DNA of 64,000 nucleotides, from contig OX337240.1 of NCBI GenBank assembly GCA_946965045.2, positions 434,001-498,000 of the forward strand, written 5' to 3'. Source of the stretch: Epithemia pelagica (Eukaryota; Protista; Bacillariophyta). The notes below the pieces were generated by a model. The model saw nothing but the letters and a program-made list of their open reading frames with translations. It was not told the DNA's origin and did not search any database. This document shows, piece by piece, positions 24,735 to 35,668 of this stretch. Position numbers and translations under genes: made by a program. The first letter of the stretch is position 1. Each line of letters opens with the position of its first letter.

Positions 24735-27257
24735 TCAACTGGGCACTCGCACATGTCCGAGGGCCATGCCATGAAGTTTGGCAAAGATTTTGGCACCATC
24801 ATCGCGCAATCCGGAATGTTGATATTCATTGGTCACATAGACGTGGCATCCTCGCGCCAAGGGTCCATTGTCTTGTAGTAATTTCATGGAGCAGTCAAAA
24901 TCGACATAAAAATCGTCGTAATAGACGGCCGCGGCCGCCCGACTGGTACCCGATTCCAAGACGTGACGCATGTGGTCGGTATTCCACAAGGGCGTCCAAT
25001 CCGTCTTGGCCGCAATGGCGTGCGCGACGGATTGCACGCCAAATCCACTCACTTCGGCATAGTCGCCGTCGGCCATCCAGGGAAAGACCATTTCACCAAA
25101 CCACAAGGTTGGAACGGTATCGTCGTCCAACGCACGACTCGTGGTGCGATAGTCCCAAATCTCGGGATGGGTCTCGACCAAGTCTTGGTAGGCCCTGTGG
25201 GCCGCCCAAGCCGTGGGACAATTGTTGGCGGCGGCAGTACCACTCGACGACGACAAAGGACCCCCATTGGCATAAATGGATTCGTGCATCCAAAAATAAA
25301 TGGGATGTCCCTCAAAGCCTTGCGACGCGTCCATGGATTTTAAAAAGGCCTTGGTGAATTCCAATTCCGTCACGTCAATATTGTCATCGTCCCACAGGAG
25401 CGCCGTCGACACGACATGATGCAAGGCGGCAAAGGACGATGGTGAGGATCCCAAATAGCCCAATCCCAATTGCAAAAATCGTCGGGCCGTCAAGAAACCT
25501 CCACTGGGCAAGGAAATGGGTTGATGGATCAAGCGTTGGACCATGCGTTTGACCAATCGGACATCGCCCGGATACATGTCATAGTAGAGCAAGGAACGAC
25601 GTCGTACCCGATGCCACAACCGGGTATACACCTCATGCAGCGGTGTCAATATCGGTGCCAAGCCGCCCGTAAAGAGTGCCACTTGCGGTGGATGCGATAC
25701 CTGCGACAAGTAGGTCAAGAGACAAAAGCCGCCATACGATTGACCCAAGGCACAACCCCAGGGTTTGGGAGTCGTGGTCTCGTCCGTCTTGTCCTTGTTG
25801 TTGTTCTTGTCGTCGTCCTTCTTGTCCTTGGAATTGTCGTCGTCATCAAAGGTGGGAGGAGCCAACAAGGCTTGTCGGACCAATTCGGCATCTTGGACAA
25901 TGCTATCGGCCCGAAAGCACGACAGGTACTCGGTCACCTCGTGAATGGCCGTTTGCACCAAGGCCGTTTCCTCGGGATGCTCCGGTTGCAACGACTGCAA
26001 CAGGGATTCGGTTTGTTCCAACGTGCTGGTACTGTCACTGGATGATGCATTCTTGGCAACAATGTCATCGAGGACAAAGAGATTGGGAAAGTTGCGTTGC
26101 AAGACTTGTTTGGTCACGGGGGACGACTTGCCAGTCCCTCGTTGATCCAAGAGAACAATTTTGGCATACAAGTTGGTATGCAAGGCGTGGGCGGCCCAAC
26201 TACTTCTGGCGGTCTCCAAGCCGAGTTGGGCCACGGGGGCCGGAGCCCCAAAGCCGGGACCGCCTTGCAAATACAAGCACAGGTCGTCGGCCGTGGCCAA
26301 GTTGGATTCTTGCACATATGCTTGGGCCCGTTGCGTCGGCGACACCAGGGCCGACACGCGACGCAACCACGCCTCATGCTGTTTGGTTTCGACCCGTTCG
26401 ACCATGGTAAAGTACAAATCGAGGCGTTCGCGTTGTGGCTGTTGTGGGTTTGGAATGGAGGATTGGGAAGAAGAAGAAGAAGAAGAAGAAGAAGAAGAAG
26501 AAGAAGAAGAAGAAGAAGAAGAAGAAGAAGAAGAAGAAGAGGATTCCGAATCATGTCGTAGGGGGACAGAGAGTTTGTGTTCCGTCACGGCAAGTTTGCA
26601 ACCCGCCGACGTACAATGAAAGGCTACCGGAGACACCATGCGATGATTCCGTTGGGCTTGCTGCATGGCGTATTGCAATCGTTGACGTGCCACATTGGTT
26701 GTAGGAGTGGCCTCTGGTTGTTGCGATTTGGATTTGCTGGGCGATGCTTGATTGTGCAACCATCCCGTCCGAAGCGAGGTCGTAGTTGTTGATGATGTGG
26801 TGGTAGGTGGCGTCCCCGAGGCCTCCTGGTTGTTCCCACTCGTCGAGGAAGAAATCCAAAAATTACTGGATTCGTCGGGAAGATTGTGATTCCATCCAGT
26901 ACGGCCTTGTTTGTTGTTGTTGGTACTCTTTGCTTTGGGAATGCCATTGATAGTTCGGTCCACCTCGTTCGTCTCGTCGTTGTCTGGATTGTTGTTGTTG
27001 TTGGCGTTGTCACTCATGCTTCTTGTTGTTTGGGACGACGAGGGTTGAACGAATGGTGGTCCTGTCGTACTGCTCGTCGTCGTTCGTGTCCCCACTGTGG
27101 TACTACTACGAGAATAATGATCGCCACGACCGCCACACGAACGCAATCTCCAAGAATTGGTTGCGGCACCCACAGCAAAGGCCCACGACCGTCGAATGCC
27201 AATCGTCGGTCCCAGAAGCATCAAATACAGCAACACAAACCGTCTTCGTCCTCCCAT
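24735..27257 (-). CDS. Proline iminopeptidase (alpha/beta hydrolase, S33), probably plastid-targeted
   Basis: YLQGGPGFGAP, LLDQRGTGKS, FRADSIVQDAE, GQSYGG nucleophile elbow, YYDDFYVD and TNEYQHSGLRDDG. ATG 27257 begins a signal peptide with an SWA-FAV cleavage-like site followed by an S/T/R-rich transit region. Confidence 0.88.
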   Translation of the reverse strand: MGGRRRFVLLYLMLLGPTIGIRRSWAFAVGAATNSWRLRSCGGRGDHYSRSSTTVGTRTTTSSTTGPPFVQPSSSQTTRSMSDNANNNNNPDNDETNEVDRTINGIPKAKSTNNNKQGRTGWNHNLPDESSNFWISSSTSGNNQEASGTPPTTTSSTTTTSLRTGWLHNQASPSKSKSQQPEATPTTNVARQRLQYAMQQAQRNHRMVSPVAFHCTSAGCKLAVTEHKLSVPLRHDSESSSSSSSSSSSSSSSSSSSSSSSSSSQSSIPNPQQPQRERLDLYFTMVERVETKQHEAWLRRVSALVSPTQRAQAYVQESNLATADDLCLYLQGGPGFGAPAPVAQLGLETARSSWAAHALHTNLYAKIVLLDQRGTGKSSPVTKQVLQRNFPNLFVLDDIVAKNASSSDSTSTLEQTESLLQSLQPEHPEETALVQTAIHEVTEYLSCFRADSIVQDAELVRQALLAPPTFDDDDNSKDKKDDDKNNNKDKTDETTTPKPWGCALGQSYGGFCLLTYLSQVSHPPQVALFTGGLAPILTPLHEVYTRLWHRVRRRSLLYYDMYPGDVRLVKRMVQRLIHQPISLPSGGFLTARRFLQLGLGYLGSSPSSFAALHHVVSTALLWDDDNIDVTELEFTKAFLKSMDASQGFEGHPIYFWMHESIYANGGPLSSSSGTAAANNCPTAWAAHRAYQDLVETHPEIWDYRTTSRALDDDTVPTLWFGEMVFPWMADGDYAEVSGFGVQSVAHAIAAKTDWTPLWNTDHMRHVLESGTSRAAAAVYYDDFYVDFDCSMKLLQDNGPLARGCHVYVTNEYQHSGLRDDGAKIFAKLHGMALGHVRVPS
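26467..26540. repeat. (GAA)~24 microsatellite encoding poly-Ser in the iminopeptidase
   Basis: Perfect trinucleotide run, in frame with the minus-strand gene. Confidence 0.95.
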
Positions 27258-27736
27258 GGATATGCTGGTCTCGAGCTGGAGGAAGGAAAACAACACACGC
27301 CAGGTGTCTTGAGAGAGAAGCAACTTGAAACACAACCACACAAAAGGATTCTGGAACAACCCAAGAACGATCTTTTGTTGATGGGGAGATGAAAAGATCT
27401 TTTGCGCGAGCCATCCTCCTCTCTCCGGTCGCTGTATGGGGTCGCGTGTCGGTCACTTCAAATGGGATGCACGGTTGGAGAATGCCGTCTGGTCGACGCC
27501 CGTCATTCCTTCATACGTCACTCGGAACTGGTCCCGGGAGAGAAGCAGGGGACCATCTGTTGGTGTCGACGACAGTGTCGGTCATCCTTCTCATTTGACA
27601 CAATCTGTTGGAGAGAAGATCTTCTGCTACACTGCATTCTGGATTCGGCAAAAGCGCATCCTCCGTCGTTTTCGCTCCAATTCTTTTCTCAAACACTTTC
27701 CCACAAACACACAACAAAAGAGAATACACGAAAATA

Positions 27737-28937
27737 ATGTGGACCATGGGAATGCAATCTCGTCTATGGATGGTCGTCCTGGGGACTTCGTCGTCGGTTC
27801 TGGCCTGGGTTCCCCCGACCACGTCCTTCTTGGCTGCCACCCGCAGTACTAGCAGTCCCTCTAGTCCCTTGTACCAAATGGGCGGTTACATGGACAATTT
27901 GAGTCGCGAGTTGCGTCAAGAACCACCCGAGGACAAGGAAGCCGAATTGGATGAAGCGGCCCGTCAAGCTCGGAATATGGACAAGGAACAATTGGATCGT
28001 TACGGCGTGGGCAATTGGAATGAATATGTCGAATTTAGTGAATTTGATGGCGGCGATGGTCAAATGGGTGTCGCCGGCGATGGCAAACAAGGCCTGGACA
28101 AGGAATGGGACGACGACGGCGGCTCGGCCACGTCCAAATTTGCCAAGTCCCGAGCCATGAGTGCCAAGGTGGCCTGGGGCGCGTCGACCGGTTATGCCGA
28201 TGAATTGCGCGCCCAGGGGGTCGAAACGAGTCGGGCGCAACAAATGGAAAATTGGATGAATCAACAAGAATTGCAAAACATGCGCAAGAATCAACGATTC
28301 ATGACGGAAGAATTTGATGCCGTCTCCAATCCCGACGAAGATTGGCGCAAATTGGCCAAGTTTGGCGTCGAACGCAATCAAGACTTTGATTTGGATCAAA
28401 CCTTTGGAGCCGTTACACCCGGCAGTACCATTTATCATCACATTGAACTGTCGACCCGTGTCAATCGAGGAGAAGTCTTTGAATTCAACTTGTTGGTACG
28501 TACGATCGAAACATACAAATATATGTATCTCTCTGGACAATAGGATGTGTGCTCAATGTTGGAACCTTGTCGTCTCACGTGTCATTCTTGTCGTCGTTGT
28601 TGTCGTTTATTTTTTTCGTTCCACACGGAACCTTCCATCTCTTGTTGTATCCGAATTGGAAATAATGATTCCGTTCTTCTTGTCGGTCGGCTCTACTTGT
28701 TGGATCCTCTAGAATTCCTTCATGGGCTATTCCGATTTTCGGGCGCGCTTCACTCCGGACACACCGGCGGGCGATTGGACGGTGGAACCGGCCGAAGGGA
28801 GTTTGAATGGCAAACAGGGCACGGACTTTTTGGTCAAGTTTCGACCGCAAAATCCCGGCATTTCCACGGGATACCTCGTCATTCAAACCGAAGATGACAA
28901 GTGGACCTTTCAAGTCACGGGAACCGCCTCCATGTAG
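27737..28937 (+). CDS. Putative plastid-targeted protein of unknown function with a C-terminal beta-sandwich (Ig/ASH-like) domain, 2 exons
   Basis: Signal peptide ending VLA-WVP plus an S/T-rich transit peptide. Intron 28496-28712 (phase 0) joins ORFs 27608-28543 and 28722-28937. The C-terminus WTVEPAEGSL...FLVKFRP...GYLVIQTE...WTFQVTG resembles ASH/Hydin-type Ig folds. Confidence 0.65.
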
Positions 28938-29478
28938 TAAAAAAAAGCAACACCACAAAACCAAACGGAACAAACAAGAGGAGTGGAGAATATAGAAAGT
29001 CCGTCCCTCACCACTCTCCTCCTGTTCCATTGCAACCCATTCCAAACACACACGTCCTTTCCAATGACTGTACACACAAACACGTAGGTGTGAATACCGT
29101 AGATAAGACTTTTTTCAAAACGAAACCGTATAGTCCGTAGACCGTTGGATTCTCTCGAGCGATTCGTAGCATACGTTATTGTAGAGAGCCAACCAAACGA
29201 TCCAGATTGAAACGAGCGAGACAAGAACACATTCGAGAGGAACACCCGCATCACCAACCAGACCAACCCCCCAATCCTCCAAAGCACACACACACATAGG
29301 TTGTCGGAGTGTTCCTCTTGTGTGTGTGAGTCGCACATCCATAGAAGGGGAGACTCATGGCGGTCTAGTGGGGAATGACTTGCACGACGACTACTACTGC
29401 AGCTGCTCTATTATATGTATATATACAAACACACACCATTGTCTACTCGAACGTGGACGTGTTGGTTGCCTTTTCTTC

Positions 29479-30582
29479 TTATTGGGGTTGTTGTGGCGCG
29501 TGTGCGGCTTGTGCTGCCTCGTAGGACTGCCAGGCTTGTTCGAACGTGGCATTGGGCAGTTGGAGGGGGAGCATAAAGTGGTCGGGCAAGACGGATTCGA
29601 GTTTGCTGGCCTGGCAGGGTCGCTGGATGATTCGATTGCCCGGCCCTCGAGTGTGGTAACAGCCCGGTTCGTAAAACAAGTGCATATGGTCCGGCAAGGC
29701 GGCCACGACCGGATTCAGAAAGACGTGCCACGTCGAAGACGCAGCTGCTCCTGCAGTTGTGGTTCCAGTGGTAGGAGCCGCCGCATCCCAGGCTTGCAGG
29801 GTTTGCGTCAAGCGCAAATGGGGCTTGAACTGGTACTGGTGAATCAAGGCATGGACCAATGCTTGGACGGACGATTGTGGGGATTCCTTCGAGGCGGCAG
29901 ACCTAATGACCAACAGGGCCGCCTTGTTCAAGGATCCCACCACGTGGTCCAAATGGTCTGGGACCAGTGTGGGAGCGACCAAATCTCCTTCCATCCACGC
30001 CAGGTCGACGGTCGTTTCGGGCCACCAGGGACCTTGGGAATAATCGTGTTCCACCATCAATTCTCCTCGAGTCTTGATCCAAGAATGGGGCAAGACATTG
30101 GCGTCGTCGTCGTAACGATTCGGAACGACACAATGGGCCGGTGTCAATCCATGACTGTGAAACCAGGCCGTGACACTGGAACACGTGCCCAGTTCCAAAA
30201 TGGAATGGAGATTCCAGGTTTGGACCATGGGCGTCCACACCCACGGTTTGGCCGCCACGGGCAGTGGTGGTTTCTGGTTCTGATTCGTTCCAACACGACG
30301 CTGTTTCGTTTTGGAGGGTAGACGAGGTACCACTTCCATGGGAATGGAGCGATCCGACGACGGCTTGGAGGAGGAATCCAAGGAAAGCAAGAGATGGGAT
30401 GATTCCGTGCCATTCGTCCAGTCGTTTCCTCCTCCTCCCCACCACACGACCATGCCCAGCAGGACGGCAGCCAGCACCACGATTCCACGACGACAATGGG
30501 TCCGGATCGAGGAACACAAGAACTTGGAGGAGGAGGAGGAGGTCATGCGAGTCGATGGATGGGTCAGATTCATCATGCTCAT
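29479..30582 (-). CDS. Type II membrane protein of unknown function
   Basis: 367-aa ORF with one TM segment (GIVVLAAVLLGMVVWW), a stem and a globular C-terminal region; no family recognised. Confidence 0.55.
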   Translation of the reverse strand: MSMMNLTHPSTRMTSSSSSKFLCSSIRTHCRRGIVVLAAVLLGMVVWWGGGGNDWTNGTESSHLLLSLDSSSKPSSDRSIPMEVVPRLPSKTKQRRVGTNQNQKPPLPVAAKPWVWTPMVQTWNLHSILELGTCSSVTAWFHSHGLTPAHCVVPNRYDDDANVLPHSWIKTRGELMVEHDYSQGPWWPETTVDLAWMEGDLVAPTLVPDHLDHVVGSLNKAALLVIRSAASKESPQSSVQALVHALIHQYQFKPHLRLTQTLQAWDAAAPTTGTTTAGAAASSTWHVFLNPVVAALPDHMHLFYEPGCYHTRGPGNRIIQRPCQASKLESVLPDHFMLPLQLPNATFEQAWQSYEAAQAAHAPQQPQ

Positions 30583-30630
30583 CTTATGGATCTCAGTGTC
30601 TCGTTGATTTGCTTCTGTCTGTTTGGTTGG

Positions 30631-30844
30631 TGTTGAAACACAACTCCGGTCGTACCGTATAAGTAACCACTAGAGATGATCTCGTGTTATTTTAAAAAGA
30701 ATGAGCCTCCTCTTGGCTCATGTGTTTGTTTCGCCTCGATCTTGTGTCTATGACTCTGACGTGTCACCAAAGTCCATTGGGCCTTTTCCTCTTCAGTCGC
30801 ACTTTTCGTTTCCTTTGCCTTACTCGCATCCACTTGTCCTAACA
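30631..30844 (-). repeat. 3' LTR of copia A
   Basis: Direct repeat of 36309-36522; differences at 30635, 30660 and 30722. Confidence 0.97.
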
Positions 30845-33800
30845 CACTCCTTCGCGAGGAATGGTATTTACTAGTTCTCGGGATATTCATTAGGGCATCA
30901 CGAAAAGTATAGAAGATGGATCCTTGCAACGGCTTCGTGTGAAAGTCAGCGATCATTTCTTCAGTAGGGCAATATTCAATGCGTAAGTCTTTCTTGTCAA
31001 CACGATCCTTGATATAGAAATATCTGATGTTGATATGTTTTGTTCGTTTGCTGCTTGACGCACGTCCATTTTTCTCGAGCAAGATGGTACTCTTGTTATC
31101 TTGATACAAGATCACGTCCTTTATTGGATAGCCTTGGGCCTCCATAAATTGCTTACTCCACATGATCAATGGAAGTCCATCGTGGACCCCAATTAGTTCG
31201 CTTTCAGTTGAACTTCTGGCAACTAATTTTTGCTTGCTTGACATGTTCAGAGCGGCCCCTTGTCCCATTGACATGCCTGCTCCAGTATGTCCTCGCATAT
31301 TTGGATGAATTGCGTATGACGCATCAATCCACCATTTGACAATGCCACTCCCATCACAATTGAGGCGTAACAGGAGGTCTTTTGTCGACTGCAGGTATTT
31401 CATTAGTCGGGAGAGTTTCCTCCAGTCTTCTTCAGTCGGCTCAGCAACTCGAGTACTCAAGAAAGCCAGAGTTGCTCTCAAATCAGGTCGTGCCCGTTGG
31501 GCCAAATACATGAGCTGCATGGTGAGACTATGGAAGTAGTCGGCTTGGTCTTGTTTCAGTTTTGGGGACTCTTCTGTCACCATGAAGAGATAATTAGCTG
31601 CTGGTGTCAAGGCTTTGCCATGGAATTCCTTTGGCGCCTCCTCAATCAATCCTTGGATATATAATTGCATATCGACCATAAGGGTACCGGGCTCACTAAA
31701 GTCCAACCACATTCCCAGATAATCATGACGCTTGCCACGTGAAATGGACAGTTCACCAAGGGTGGCAAAAGTGTTGTTCAAATCCTCAATGATTTGCGTT
31801 ACTACGGCAGGATCTTTGTGAGAGATCTTAAGATCGTCCACATGCCAGGTAAGAGTACATTGATGGCCGTTGATTGTTTTGTTTGCCACACAAGAATCGT
31901 ATGGATTAATCTCGAAGCCCCAGCTTTTCACAACACTTGTGAGCTTCTCCCAAAATAGTCTTGCTGCTCTGAGTGTACCGTATAGAGCTCGTAGTAATTC
32001 CACATATATAACTTTTTCTCCACGTTCATAAACCACAAATGGTTCGTAGCTTTTGTCAATTTCGATCAAGAGGTCGACCATCAGTCCCGTTATACGCATA
32101 TAGACGTCCTTGTCCATGATTACTTGCATAAATGCACCTGGGATGTCAACTACTGCCACCTCTCGCTTCTCCATCGCGTCAACTTTTGCCGTGATAAATA
32201 CCGCCTCGGTTGATACTGTTGGTGAGACTGTGTCTTCCTTTGCAATATGACCCCGCTGCTTTCTACCGTCTGCACAACCACGACCTTTGATCTTCCCATT
32301 CCTTTTTCTTTTTAGGAACATCAAGTATCCTAAGGCTTGGCGTATTTGTTCTTTCGTTAGTTGGCTTTTGTGAATTGCTCGAATCACGTCTCTGTCATGA
32401 AGTTGTAGAACTTCTTTCTTGACTGCCGAGACTCCCAGATCTCCAAACATCCTCACTCCTTGTTTCATACCCATCTGTGGAGTTTCGTTGGTAGCGCTCG
32501 TCACATAGATATCATGGTCATATCTATGCGCGTAGCTACGTTCTCTATTTGTACGTAGATTGTATCCTCGTTCCGATGGGTCTCTATCGCCACTTGGTGC
32601 TGCAGTGGGTTCTGTTCTGGGTTCCAGGGCCGGCTCAGCTTGGTTCTCTACTAACATGTTGTCTGCCACGGCTTGATCAACAAAATATTCTATATTTTGT
32701 CCGTCCTGTTGGTCAATCTCAGTTGCCAATACAGGATGTTCATTGAATTCTCCTTCGTGATACTGCTCCACTCCTGGATTTTCAGCTGGAGCATTGATTG
32801 GACCATCGAAAGGTTCTTCTTCTGCAGCTGGAGCATTGATCGGACCATCGAAGGGTTCTCCTTCTACTGATGGTTGGTCGAATACTTGATCATCGTTTTC
32901 CACATCCGCCACTCCTTGATCCCCCACTCCTTGATTTTCCTCCATCTCCTCCATTGGATCACCTACTCCTTCCTCTTCTACCTCTTCATCCACTTCTTCT
33001 AGCTCACCGTCAATATACTCTTCATCATACCGAAGATCAATATCTTGCTCTTCTTCGTCAACAATGAATTCCTCATCGTTTGATTCATCATCATCATCAA
33101 ATTCGAGGGCTACAATTCGGTTGTCACGATTGCCAAATGCCAAATTTGGGTACCGATCTTGCGCATTGGTTAAGTCATACACGCGTTTTTCGATGCCTTC
33201 AGGCATTGGCACAATTGTTGCATGATTCCTGTTGATGATTCGGCCAGTGACTAGGCTCATGAAGTAGTATCCTCCCTGGCGGTTCCCTGTAGGGCGAAGG
33301 GTAATTGCTCCCACTGTTCTTGGTCCCATGTTGTTTGAATGCTGCTCGTGGGTTTGGACGTACTGACCAAATTCAAATTTGCAGTGACGATTAAAGTCAA
33401 TCATTTCCCCAGTTACGAGAGTTCTAGGGCTGAGCGTGTTCGAAAGTCCTTGGGATGCTGGAAAAGCGTTCAGCCAATAACAAGCATACTTTGCCAGTTC
33501 AATCACCATAATTCTTGGGACATAGCGAAATGGGAGTGTGTTATATACACAACGCATTCGTTCCTTGAGCGTTCGTATGTATCGCTCCACCTCACCAACA
33601 TGTTCTTCTCTTGAAGTTGGGTTGAGCTTGATCCCAACGTTGTTGAGTGCTGCATTGATCTCTGTCGTATCAAAGGCTCCATCAGCTAAGAGAACACGTG
33701 GTCTCAGATCTCCTCGTCGATATATTGACGCTACCTGTTTGATTGCCGTAATGACAGACTGATCTGTAACTGACGGTAGGGTATGGACTGTTCCGAACTT

Positions 33801-35666
33801 GATATTCCGAGAGATGGTGACAAGGAAGCCCACACCATTAACATGCATTACATCCATGCTGAGAACAACATCTTTTTGTTTGTCCGGGATGGGGACGTCA
33901 ACAAGTTCTTGGAATTCCACTTTGTGTGGGCGTCTTCGCGTTGTTTTTCCTTTTAGAATCCCTATGTCGGGTCCAAAGATTTTCATTGCTAACTTGACAT
34001 CATGACTCGTGAATGGGCAATTCGGAAGTAAATTTGAGTCCAGAATCTTACACAATTCACGGTCACTTGGTCGCCCTATTTTTGCTTGAAGCGACCGGAC
34101 TCCCTTAGCTCGAGCAACTTCATTCTCCGTATATCCTTGCTTATTCTTAGACACAGTGGTGACTAGGCATGATTTATTATCTGAATTACGCTCAGTATAA
34201 TACAAGCCCTCTCCATTTGATTTGAAGCAGTCCACCTGGTCTCCATTTTTGTCATATACTGTGAATGTATCGTTGTCGTCGTTGTACTTGATCTTGTGGG
34301 TTTTGGTAATAATATAGAATGAAAGGATGTTGACCCAGCCCCCTTGGTCAAACCAGACCGTTCCATAAGGGTCAAATTTGCCTTGAAGTGCTGTTGTCCT
34401 GGATCCCCCATGTCCCCGTATTGTTATCTGATGTGGGGCCTTGGATGGTTGATTTCGTAGAAGTTGTGGATTTGAAAAGACATGGACTGTTGCCTGGTTG
34501 TCGAGTAGGATCCAGGTCTTGGGTATGTTAGTCTGGGAAGTTGAAAGAGAAAGAACAGGTGAGGTTGGAATAACAGTTGATATATGGTCAGTATGATTCA
34601 AACCTTGTTGATTGGCACCACCTTGGGTGTCGCCTTGATTTGTAGTTGTTGTAGTGGTTGTTGAATCGGTGATGAATGCAACACCAGTACCTCCATTTGC
34701 ATTTGTCGTATCCTGTGGACTCTGTTGTTCTTGTTTTCTTGTCATTCTTGCATCCATGATTGCTCTAGCGTTGGCCAAGGTAGCTGGATAAATATTCTGT
34801 CCATCTAGGAAGCTGTTATGAAGATGAGCTTCATACTCCTTCTGCTGGCATGCTCGAATGAAGCGATTGGCGATCATTCTTTCTTGAGCTTCTTTTGTAT
34901 CCTCATCGATGGCTTTGCCAGCACGTCCATTTTTCTTGGCAATCTCTTCAACATAGGCCGCATCATAGAGGATAATGCCAAGTTCCTCTATCACTTTCAC
35001 CTTCGCCTTAAACACTTCATAGAACTGGTGGACACTCTGACCGGGATGCCGTTTCAGGTGATAAAAGTCAAACCGAATTCGATCCATTGCCATTCCAGTG
35101 TAAACTCTCCCAGGCTGGTAGGTGAAGGTAGTTGTTTTTATGAGCTGCAATAATTCAATCCCGTCTCTCTTGGTTTGAATTGATCCAAATTCTTTGTGAG
35201 CACGAAGTTTATCCTTGAGGAGCTCTGTTGACTGTCCCAATATAATACTATATAGAGCAGATCGAAAATCTGCCACTGCATCTCGCTTATCCATCATTCG
35301 CTTGTACTCCATCTTCCAGGCTTCGACTTGGATGTTGGTTGCAGTAGGTCCTGGCTCCGTTGGTGTAACTGGATCTTGTAGGTTGAGGTTCTCCACAGCG
35401 ACTTGAAAATCTTGGTTGTATTTCGAGAACTTGGTTCCGATGTAACCGATTAATAATTCTATGTTTCTTAAATATCTCTTCGCTTGGGAGTCTTCAGCGT
35501 AATCGAAAATGCACCCTTTGAGCAAGGGCTCTTGTCCTTCAAATTTACTATTTGTACCTCCTCGGTTGCGTCCGCCACGACCACGGCCTTGGTTTCCTCT
35601 ACCTCGTCCTTGTTGTCCTCGTCCTCTACCACCTGAGTCCATTTGGTCAGGTCTTGCTTCTGACAT
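30687..35666 (-). CDS. Gag-Pol polyprotein of copia A (1659 aa, intact)
   Basis: RGG-rich N-terminus; gag helices; protease WILLDNQAT; integrase SMDVMHV..LADGAF..VERYIRTLKE; RT ADGRKQR, VDIPGAF, LYGTLRAA, WHVDD; RNase H WWIDASY, SSTESE, YQDNKS, ADFHTKP. Confidence 0.97.
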   Translation of the reverse strand: MSEARPDQMDSGGRGRGQQGRGRGNQGRGRGGRNRGGTNSKFEGQEPLLKGCIFDYAEDSQAKRYLRNIELLIGYIGTKFSKYNQDFQVAVENLNLQDPVTPTEPGPTATNIQVEAWKMEYKRMMDKRDAVADFRSALYSIILGQSTELLKDKLRAHKEFGSIQTKRDGIELLQLIKTTTFTYQPGRVYTGMAMDRIRFDFYHLKRHPGQSVHQFYEVFKAKVKVIEELGIILYDAAYVEEIAKKNGRAGKAIDEDTKEAQERMIANRFIRACQQKEYEAHLHNSFLDGQNIYPATLANARAIMDARMTRKQEQQSPQDTTNANGGTGVAFITDSTTTTTTTNQGDTQGGANQQGLNHTDHISTVIPTSPVLSLSTSQTNIPKTWILLDNQATVHVFSNPQLLRNQPSKAPHQITIRGHGGSRTTALQGKFDPYGTVWFDQGGWVNILSFYIITKTHKIKYNDDNDTFTVYDKNGDQVDCFKSNGEGLYYTERNSDNKSCLVTTVSKNKQGYTENEVARAKGVRSLQAKIGRPSDRELCKILDSNLLPNCPFTSHDVKLAMKIFGPDIGILKGKTTRRRPHKVEFQELVDVPIPDKQKDVVLSMDVMHVNGVGFLVTISRNIKFGTVHTLPSVTDQSVITAIKQVASIYRRGDLRPRVLLADGAFDTTEINAALNNVGIKLNPTSREEHVGEVERYIRTLKERMRCVYNTLPFRYVPRIMVIELAKYACYWLNAFPASQGLSNTLSPRTLVTGEMIDFNRHCKFEFGQYVQTHEQHSNNMGPRTVGAITLRPTGNRQGGYYFMSLVTGRIINRNHATIVPMPEGIEKRVYDLTNAQDRYPNLAFGNRDNRIVALEFDDDDESNDEEFIVDEEEQDIDLRYDEEYIDGELEEVDEEVEEEGVGDPMEEMEENQGVGDQGVADVENDDQVFDQPSVEGEPFDGPINAPAAEEEPFDGPINAPAENPGVEQYHEGEFNEHPVLATEIDQQDGQNIEYFVDQAVADNMLVENQAEPALEPRTEPTAAPSGDRDPSERGYNLRTNRERSYAHRYDHDIYVTSATNETPQMGMKQGVRMFGDLGVSAVKKEVLQLHDRDVIRAIHKSQLTKEQIRQALGYLMFLKRKRNGKIKGRGCADGRKQRGHIAKEDTVSPTVSTEAVFITAKVDAMEKREVAVVDIPGAFMQVIMDKDVYMRITGLMVDLLIEIDKSYEPFVVYERGEKVIYVELLRALYGTLRAARLFWEKLTSVVKSWGFEINPYDSCVANKTINGHQCTLTWHVDDLKISHKDPAVVTQIIEDLNNTFATLGELSISRGKRHDYLGMWLDFSEPGTLMVDMQLYIQGLIEEAPKEFHGKALTPAANYLFMVTEESPKLKQDQADYFHSLTMQLMYLAQRARPDLRATLAFLSTRVAEPTEEDWRKLSRLMKYLQSTKDLLLRLNCDGSGIVKWWIDASYAIHPNMRGHTGAGMSMGQGAALNMSSKQKLVARSSTESELIGVHDGLPLIMWSKQFMEAQGYPIKDVILYQDNKSTILLEKNGRASSSKRTKHINIRYFYIKDRVDKKDLRIEYCPTEEMIADFHTKPLQGSIFYTFRDALMNIPRTSKYHSSRRSVLGQVDASKAKETKSATEEEKAQWTLVTRQSHRHKIEAKQTHEPRGGSFFLK

Positions 35667-35668
35667 GC

